DNA from: Clostridia bacterium
GTDB taxonomy: Bacteria; CBDUZB01; JAGLHV01
Direction: 5' to 3'
DNA length: 64,000 nt
Assembly: GCA_030637025.1 (NCBI GenBank)
Contig: DAOVVV010000006.1
Location: 1 to 64,000 of the forward strand
Shown here: positions 57,854-64,000 of the stretch, in pieces
Position numbering within the stretch: the first letter of the stretch is position 1
Layout of the letters: every line of letters starts with the position of its first letter
Notes under the pieces: generated by a model
Told to the model about the DNA's origin: nothing
What the model saw: the letters and a program-made list of their open reading frames with translations, nothing else
Database searches by the model: none
Made by a program: the position numbers and the translations under genes

Positions 57854-59026
57854 ATGAAAGAGAGATATAAATTTTTATTGATTCTATCCATTTTTTTAGC
57901 AGCGTATTTTATTCCTTTTGCCAATGTTAAAATTCAGACTGCCTTGATGGAATCTTTTTTAATGATACAGGAATATGCCAGAGAACACGTTCTGCTCTGT
58001 CTTGTTCCTGCTTTTTTTATTGCCGGAGCTATTGCCAATTTTATCAGTCAGGGTGCGGTTATAAAATATTTTGGCAATAAAGCCAATAAAGTATTAGCGT
58101 ATTCTATAGCTTCGGTTTCAGGTACAATCTTGGCAGTTTGTTCCTGCACGGTATTGCCTCTTTTTTCCGGTATTTATAAGAGAGGTGCAGGGATAGGGCC
58201 GGCAACGGCATTTCTTTATTCAGGTCCGGCGATTAATGTGCTGGCAATTATTTTAACTGCGCGTATTTTAGGATGGGAACTGGGTTTTGCCCGGGCTCTT
58301 GGCGCTGTTATTTTTTCTATAATTATCGGATTGAGTATGCATTTTATTTTCTATAAAGAAGAAAAAAACAGAAATGCCAACCAGAACCTGGCTATTCCGG
58401 AGGAGGAGAAAGAATTAAGGCCTTTATGGAAAACGACTTTTTATTTTGCAATAATGGTTGCAATCCTTATTTTTGCCAATTGGACCAGGGATGAATCAAT
58501 AAAAATCTGGCAGGCAATTTATAATATAAAGTGGGTTATCACGGGAAGTTTACTGGTTATTTTAACCGGGATGCTTTATAAATGGTTCAAAAAAAAGGAA
58601 CTAAAAGAATGGACATATTCGACATGGGGATTTGCCAAACAAATATTGCCATTTCTTTTTGCAGGAGTTTTTGTTGCCGGGTTTTTATTAGGAAGGCCCG
58701 GTCATCAGGCATTAATACCTGCTCAATGGATAGAGAAATTAGTCGGTGGGAATAGTTTGGGGGCTAATTTTATTGCCTCTATAGCAGGAGCTTTAATGTA
58801 TTTTGCCACTTTGACGGAAATACCCATACTTCAGGGATTGCTGGGGGCAGGGATGGGTAAAGGCCCGGCCTTAGCGCTTTTGCTGGCAGGTCCGGCCTTA
58901 AGTTTACCCAATATGCTGGTAATAAGGAATGTTATGGGAACGAAAAAAACACTGGTATATATTTTTCTGGTAGTGGTTATGGCTACATTTAGCGGGATGA
59001 TTTTTGGTTTTTTATTTGAAAGTTAG
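57854..59026 (+). CDS. ArsP/DUF318 family permease
   Basis: AVCSCTVLP, FLYSGPAIN, MYFATLTE.PI, GPALSLPNM. Confidence 0.88.
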   Translation: MKERYKFLLILSIFLAAYFIPFANVKIQTALMESFLMIQEYAREHVLLCLVPAFFIAGAIANFISQGAVIKYFGNKANKVLAYSIASVSGTILAVCSCTVLPLFSGIYKRGAGIGPATAFLYSGPAINVLAIILTARILGWELGFARALGAVIFSIIIGLSMHFIFYKEEKNRNANQNLAIPEEEKELRPLWKTTFYFAIMVAILIFANWTRDESIKIWQAIYNIKWVITGSLLVILTGMLYKWFKKKELKEWTYSTWGFAKQILPFLFAGVFVAGFLLGRPGHQALIPAQWIEKLVGGNSLGANFIASIAGALMYFATLTEIPILQGLLGAGMGKGPALALLLAGPALSLPNMLVIRNVMGTKKTLVYIFLVVVMATFSGMIFGFLFES

Positions 59027-59059
59027 AATAAAAAAATTGAAATATAAGGAGAAAAAGTA

Positions 59060-59293
59060 ATGAAAATTGAAATTTTAGGGACCGGTTGTCCCAAGTGTAA
59101 AAAAGTAGCCGAGCATACAGAGCAGGCAGTAAAAGAATCAGGGATTGAGGCAGAGATAGTTAAAGTAACGGAGATTGCAGATATTATGAAAAGGGGAGTA
59201 ATGCTTACTCCTTCTTTGGCTATCGAAGGGGAAATTAAAAGTAGCGGTAAAATACCCAGCGTGGAAGAAATTAAAAAGTGGTTGAAGAGGTAG
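59060..59293 (+). CDS. Small redox-active disulfide protein (thioredoxin_3/MTH895-like)
   Basis: MKIEILGTGCPKC, GVM.TP. Confidence 0.9.
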   Translation: MKIEILGTGCPKCKKVAEHTEQAVKESGIEAEIVKVTEIADIMKRGVMLTPSLAIEGEIKSSGKIPSVEEIKKWLKR

Positions 59294-59338
59294 TTTAAGG
59301 GAGATTATTTTGGTAGAAAAAATAAAAAGGAGAAAAAA

Positions 59339-59932
59339 ATGGATTATAAAATATCAAAAAAAATTTCCTCCCTGCTAATAACTGGCACATTGTTTTTTTT
59401 AATGGGATGTAGTAAGAGGGAAGAAGGAACCGGTCAAGAAAAAGCAGATTCAAATGTAAAAATATTACAAGGAGAGATTATAGAGGAAAAAGAAGAAGTT
59501 GTTACCAGCGGTATATCTGAGGAATTTCTCCGGGAAAAGACAGACAATAAAACAGAGGCAACAGAAAGAAAAGTGGATAGGGTAAAGCAGGAAAATCCGG
59601 GAAAAGAAACTAAAAATGAAATAAAACAGCCTAAACAGGAGAAAGAAGACATAAAAGTTACTTTTATAGAATTGGGATCAATAAAATGTATTCCCTGCCG
59701 GATGATGGAGCCGATTATAGAGGAAATTAAAGAGGAATATGCCGGACAGGTGAAAGTAATTTTCTATGATGTTTGGACTGCGGAGGGAAGACCTTATGCC
59801 CGGAAGTATAATATCAGAACGATTCCTACACAGGTATTTCTGGATAAAGACGGAAACGAATATTTTAGACATCAAGGGTTTTTTGCTAAGGATGAGTTGA
59901 TTGAAGTTTTAAAGAAGGAGGGAGTCAAATAG
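59339..59932 (+). CDS. Thioredoxin-domain lipoprotein
   Basis: Lipobox LMGC; ELGS..CIPC..M, IPTQVF. Confidence 0.88.
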   Translation: MDYKISKKISSLLITGTLFFLMGCSKREEGTGQEKADSNVKILQGEIIEEKEEVVTSGISEEFLREKTDNKTEATERKVDRVKQENPGKETKNEIKQPKQEKEDIKVTFIELGSIKCIPCRMMEPIIEEIKEEYAGQVKVIFYDVWTAEGRPYARKYNIRTIPTQVFLDKDGNEYFRHQGFFAKDELIEVLKKEGVK

Positions 59933-60633
59933 TGCTCAGAACCATGTTTGAGTGGTTATCCAATGCTCTTCAATCAGGGCCGATTATTGCGATAAGCGCG
60001 TCTTTTATCTGGGGTGTATTAAGTATATTGTTAAGTCCCTGTCATCTGGCCAGCATTCCTTTAATTGTAGGCTTTATTGACGAACAGGGTAGAATATCTA
60101 CCAAAAGAACATTTCTTATAGCCACGCTTTTTTCTTCAGGTATCTTAATAACTATTGCTGCAATAGGTTTAATCACCGGCCTTTTGGGAAGGATGCTGGG
60201 GGATATAGGCCCTTATGGTAATTATTTTGTTGCGATAATTTTTGTTATCGTAGGCTTTCATCTTTTAGAGATTATTCCTCTTCCTTTTTTTGGAAAATCA
60301 GGTCAACCTGCATTCAAGAGAAAAGGCTTATTGGCTGGGTTTATACTGGGTCTCGTTTTTGGTATTGCCCTGGGTCCTTGTACTTTTGCCTATATGGCAC
60401 CGATGCTGGGTGTTGCCTTTAAAGTAGCATCGACACAATTTTTTTACGGAGTGACATTGTTATTTGTTTACGGTATTGGTCATTGTTCGGTAATCATTTT
60501 TGCCGGAACCTTTACCGGGGTGGTACAACATTATTTAAACTGGAATGAGCAATCCCGGGGAGCAATAATTCTTAAGAAAATATGCGGGATATTAGTCATT
60601 TTAGGGGGAATATATTTAATCTGGAGTGCTTAA
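59932..60633 (+). CDS. ccdA: CcdA/DsbD transmembrane electron transfer protein
   Basis: LSPCHLASIP and LGPCTF PC motifs; about 6 TM helices. Confidence 0.87.
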   Translation: MLRTMFEWLSNALQSGPIIAISASFIWGVLSILLSPCHLASIPLIVGFIDEQGRISTKRTFLIATLFSSGILITIAAIGLITGLLGRMLGDIGPYGNYFVAIIFVIVGFHLLEIIPLPFFGKSGQPAFKRKGLLAGFILGLVFGIALGPCTFAYMAPMLGVAFKVASTQFFYGVTLLFVYGIGHCSVIIFAGTFTGVVQHYLNWNEQSRGAIILKKICGILVILGGIYLIWSA

Positions 60634-60687
60634 AGAAGGTTGGTTATTATTAAAAAAAACTAAATATTCAGTAAGAGGGGGAAAGAT

Positions 60688-60960
60688 ATGGATTGGAAAA
60701 TATTTACGGCAACCTTTGGAGCAATATTTTTGGCGGAACTGGCAGATAAGACCCAGTTAGTGGGGATAGGAATGTCTGCAAAATCAGGAAAACCATTAAC
60801 AGTATGGTTGGGGTCTATATCAGCATACATAATTGTAACCGCCATTTCCGTATTAATCGGTGCGACATTTGGAAAATATATAAAACCGGAATTGATACGA
60901 TATGTAGGAGCTTCAATATTCATTGTAATCGGGATGTTAATGTTTTTGGATAAGATTTAA
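60688..60960 (+). CDS. TMEM165/GDT1 (UPF0016) single-repeat protein
   Basis: FLAELADKTQL motif; 3 TM helices. Confidence 0.88.
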   Translation: MDWKIFTATFGAIFLAELADKTQLVGIGMSAKSGKPLTVWLGSISAYIIVTAISVLIGATFGKYIKPELIRYVGASIFIVIGMLMFLDKI

Positions 60961-61010
60961 TCGTTTAAAAAAATATTAGATTTATTTAACTTTATCTTTC
61001 CTTGAAAATC

Positions 61011-61140
61011 AACTACTCCGCAGCAAGCTGCGAGCCCCTTCGACTCCCTTCAAGGGAATTTATGCTGAGTAAAACGAAGTGCTCAGTATCAATTCGACTA
61101 CAGAGTTTTTGTCAGCGTAGCTGAAAAACTCTAAGTCTCA
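61011..61140. repeat. Composite palindromic (REP/IS-end-like) intergenic element
   Basis: ACTACTCCGCAGCAAGCTGCGAG...GTATC interrupted by CTTCGACTCC...GCTCA; hairpin AGAGTTTTTGTCAGCGTAGCTGAAAAACTCT. Confidence 0.55.
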
Positions 61141-61218
61141 TTAAATTAAATTCTTTAAATTAGAGTAATTATAATTTAGCAATTGACATTGAAGAGGAAG
61201 ATTAAGTAATATATTAAT

Positions 61219-62316
61219 ATGGAACAAATATATAAAATTGAAGAATATAAAGACACCCAATCCTTTAATAAATTATACAAGGATTTAATGGATCCGGTCT
61301 GGAAAAGTGGGTATGAAAAGCAAAGTATGACAGATATAGATGTTGATTTTTTAGAATGGATTTTAAATTCCTCCGGAAGCAATATTAAGTTTAATATAAA
61401 AACACAAAATAAAATAGTTAGTTTTATTGGCGGGTTTAGAAGAAAAGTCAGGTTTTTTAATCAGGAATTAGAAACCTACATAGGGGGATTGTTTTCGGTT
61501 CACCCGGAATATCAAAGGAAAGGGTTGGGGTATAGTCAATTTTTAGAAATGGCTAGGGAAATGATAGATAAAAGAAAGTGTCCTTGTTTTTTTATTTATC
61601 TGGATAAAGGTCATTCCTCGACTTTGCTTTTAAAAAAATTTGTCCGAAAAGAAAATTATGGGGTAAAAAAACTGGCCACTTTTAATTTTTATGTAAAAAT
61701 TTTAGATTTGGAAGAACTAAATCAATGTGAACCTTTAAAAGGTTATGAAAAAATATTTTTTTTAAAATCCTTTAAAAACTGGATAGAAAAAGTAAAAATC
61801 GATGAATCCTATTTCCCCAATATCAGTTTATTAAAAGAGAGCGATTTAGATCAATGTCAAAAATTATTAAATTCATACGCAAGAGATAAAAAAATAAAGC
61901 TGGCCAGAATCTGGGATAAAAAAGAAGAGCTTTTTAGGCAACTGACATTCAAAAATAAAGCAGAAACATTAATATTTAAAAAAAACAATCAAGTTCAGGG
62001 AATTATAAATTATTATTATATGACTTTAAGAGGAAAAACAAATATTAAGATTGCTGTTTTGGAAAATATTCATTTAAAATCATTAAGCCAAAACGAACAA
62101 AGATCTTTCCTTTCTTTTTATCTTAAACATATAAAACAGAACGGCTGTTCTGTCTCGATTGGTTGTAACTTCACCTATTTTGACCGAAAAGTCTTCCGGC
62201 ATTTCCATTTTGTGCCATATCCCCGGTATATGCATTTTGTCGCTATCGGTAAAAAAGATTATTTATCAAAATTTAAAAAATTAAAAAAAGATGATATTTA
62301 TTTTGACCTTAAATAA
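61219..62316 (+). CDS. GNAT family N-acyltransferase (two-domain)
   Basis: FSVHPEYQRKGLG acyl-CoA binding motif. Confidence 0.75.
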   Translation: MEQIYKIEEYKDTQSFNKLYKDLMDPVWKSGYEKQSMTDIDVDFLEWILNSSGSNIKFNIKTQNKIVSFIGGFRRKVRFFNQELETYIGGLFSVHPEYQRKGLGYSQFLEMAREMIDKRKCPCFFIYLDKGHSSTLLLKKFVRKENYGVKKLATFNFYVKILDLEELNQCEPLKGYEKIFFLKSFKNWIEKVKIDESYFPNISLLKESDLDQCQKLLNSYARDKKIKLARIWDKKEELFRQLTFKNKAETLIFKKNNQVQGIINYYYMTLRGKTNIKIAVLENIHLKSLSQNEQRSFLSFYLKHIKQNGCSVSIGCNFTYFDRKVFRHFHFVPYPRYMHFVAIGKKDYLSKFKKLKKDDIYFDLK

Positions 62317-62421
62317 GGATAAGAAAATGAATAAATAACCAAAAGAATCATCAAGAAAGAAGGGAATTAAATCAAAGATAGCGTTTTATTGATTAAGAAA
62401 AAGCCTAAAAAGGAGAGCTAA

Positions 62422-63012
62422 ATGAATATCAAAATTATTTTATTTCTTGTTTTTTTGGGTGTTTTGATTTTAAGTGTGCCTGTTATAATTGTCTTACTTT
62501 TTTATGATTCTTTAATTAAATCCGAAGAGCAGGTAAAAGAAGCTTGGGTAGGGGTGAAAGGAGTATATCAAAGGAGATTAGATTTAATCCCGGATTTGTT
62601 AGAAGTAGTAAAAAATTATGCCGGGAGTGAAGAAAAAACGTTACAAAATGTTACCTATACTCGAGAAAAAGCCCGGAAAATGACGGAAAGTATTGACAGA
62701 CCGGTTTTATCCAAAGAGGCAAAACTTAATGAATTTGTAGAACTTCATGACAAGCTGGTTTCTGCTATAAAGGTATTATGGGTTTTACCAACGAAATACC
62801 CGGATTTAAAAAACGATGTACCTTTTTTTACTATTCGGCAGGAATTAGATGAAATAGAAAATATAATTCCGCTGAAAATCAGGGAGTATAACAAAGAGGT
62901 AAAGAATAATAGTTTAAAAATTAGAAGTTTTCCCTCAAATTTAATTGCCTGGGTATTTAAATTTAAAGAGAAAAGTCATATTAAAGTAAAAGAAAAGGAA
63001 TCGGAGGCATAA
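62422..63012 (+). CDS. lemA: LemA family protein
   Basis: N-terminal TM; YQRRLDLIP.L..VVK.YA..E, YPDLK, EN.I, FPSNLIA. Confidence 0.9.
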   Translation: MNIKIILFLVFLGVLILSVPVIIVLLFYDSLIKSEEQVKEAWVGVKGVYQRRLDLIPDLLEVVKNYAGSEEKTLQNVTYTREKARKMTESIDRPVLSKEAKLNEFVELHDKLVSAIKVLWVLPTKYPDLKNDVPFFTIRQELDEIENIIPLKIREYNKEVKNNSLKIRSFPSNLIAWVFKFKEKSHIKVKEKESEA

Positions 63013-63096
63013 CCGGGGAATTCGTTTGATTTTTATTTACGCCTTACCGGGTTCGTTTACCAGTATACCGGTAGCTAATTTTATTAGGAGGAAAAA

Positions 63097-63207
63097 GTGA
63101 AAAAAATAATATCTCTTGCAATAATTTTGATTCTTTTTTCATGTAATATTTTTTTTGCATCTTCTAGTGGAGGTGTGCCTAAACCCTTCTGTAAAATTTC
63201 AAAGTAG
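63097..63207 (+). pseudogene. Signal-peptide-only stub, possibly the TPM-domain gene that usually follows lemA
   Basis: RBS AGGAGG, GTG, KKIISLAIILILFSCNIFFASSSGGVPKP then stop after 36 codons. Confidence 0.4.
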
Positions 63208-63411
63208 TAAACTTTCAACTTATTCTTATACATTGGTTTTAAAAGAAGATGGAACAATTGAAATTATAAATGTAACAAAATAAAAATCTTAACAAAGCAC
63301 AAGGAACATTTCTAGTTAATCTTTTTTTCCCTTTCCTGAAGAAAAAAATTCAGCCTTAGTTTTAAAATTTGAATTTAATAAAAGGGTATTTGCTGAGTTT
63401 AATAATAATTC

Positions 63412-63457
63412 TTGACAAATAATTATTATTAAACTATAATGATTATTGTTTAATAAT
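63412..63457 (+). promoter_or_regulatory. Promoter with Fur/PerR-box-like inverted repeat
   Basis: TTGACA(63412); TATTAAAC-TATAATGATTATT-GTTTAATA. Confidence 0.6.
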
Positions 63458-63470
63458 AGGGAGAAAATTT

Positions 63471-63893
63471 ATGAAAAACATGCAGGAGAGATTAAAAGAG
63501 AAAAAGGTTGTTTTAACTCCTCAGAGATTAGCTATTGTAGACTTTCTCCAGAGGAGTAAAATCCATCCTACAGTAGAAGATATTTATAATAATCTTAAAA
63601 AGAAATATCCTACTATGTCCTTAGCTACTGTTTACACTAGTTTAGAAATTCTTAAACAGGCAGGAGAAATTCAGGAACTTACTATTAGAAAGGAAAAGAT
63701 TTGTTTTGATCCCAACCCTAAAACACACCATCATTTTTTTTGCCGGGAATGTCTAGAGGTTTTAGATGTTGACATTAGTTGTCCCCTTGCTCGCCAGGGA
63801 TCAGTGGAAGGACATAAAATTGAAGAAGTGCAAGCATATTTTTACGGTATCTGTTCTATTTGTCTTAAAAACAAAAGAAGGATGAAAGAGTAA
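63471..63893 (+). CDS. Fur family regulator (PerR-like)
   Basis: TPQR.AI, HPT.EDIY, SLATVY, HHHF.C..C, GIC..C. Confidence 0.92.
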   Translation: MKNMQERLKEKKVVLTPQRLAIVDFLQRSKIHPTVEDIYNNLKKKYPTMSLATVYTSLEILKQAGEIQELTIRKEKICFDPNPKTHHHFFCRECLEVLDVDISCPLARQGSVEGHKIEEVQAYFYGICSICLKNKRRMKE

Positions 63894-64000
63894 AGGAATA
63901 AAATAAATGTCAAACATTTTGGACATTATTTTTAATAAAAGGAGGAAAAAATGAAAGTAGAGGAATTTATTAATTCTTGTGTGGATCATGGTTATCATTG

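Overview
AT-rich bacterial window, probably from an anaerobic diderm (TonB-dependent receptor, Hcp, superoxide reductase, GTP-PEPCK). Every intact gene I can support lies on the + strand. 0-5 kb: self-promoted toxin/antitoxin-like genes (AbiEi, DUF6036 nucleotidyltransferase pair, Fic) separated by a recurring direct repeat. 5-9 kb: Fe-S/sulfur-relay/oxidative-stress operon whose IscS lacks the PLP-binding lysine. 9.6-13.7 kb: two-component genes and small metal proteins. 13.8-23.5 kb: tightly coupled arsenosugar-type (rSAM/selenodomain) cluster with an ArsS-ArsM fusion, two transferases, a GH15-DUF547 fusion, glucose dehydrogenase, a DedA/TVP38 protein and a flavin disulfide reductase, bounded by an IS110-like relic. 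Downstream: rrf2-hcp, an AAA ATPase, GIY-YIG, a solitary degenerate attC, glpK, acr3-arsM, and a DUF2294(MpsC) gene followed by an attenuator-like leader and pckG-purC-gamma-carbonic anhydrase. Then nested miniature inverted-repeat elements with target duplications, nth-nfo, M16 peptidases, ubiB, a TBDR, ilvBN under two tandem leader-peptide attenuators, an arsR-arsP-thioredoxin-ccdA operon, lemA and a Fur/PerR regulator. No rRNA, tRNA or CRISPR array was seen. All family calls are from motif recognition by eye, not database searches.
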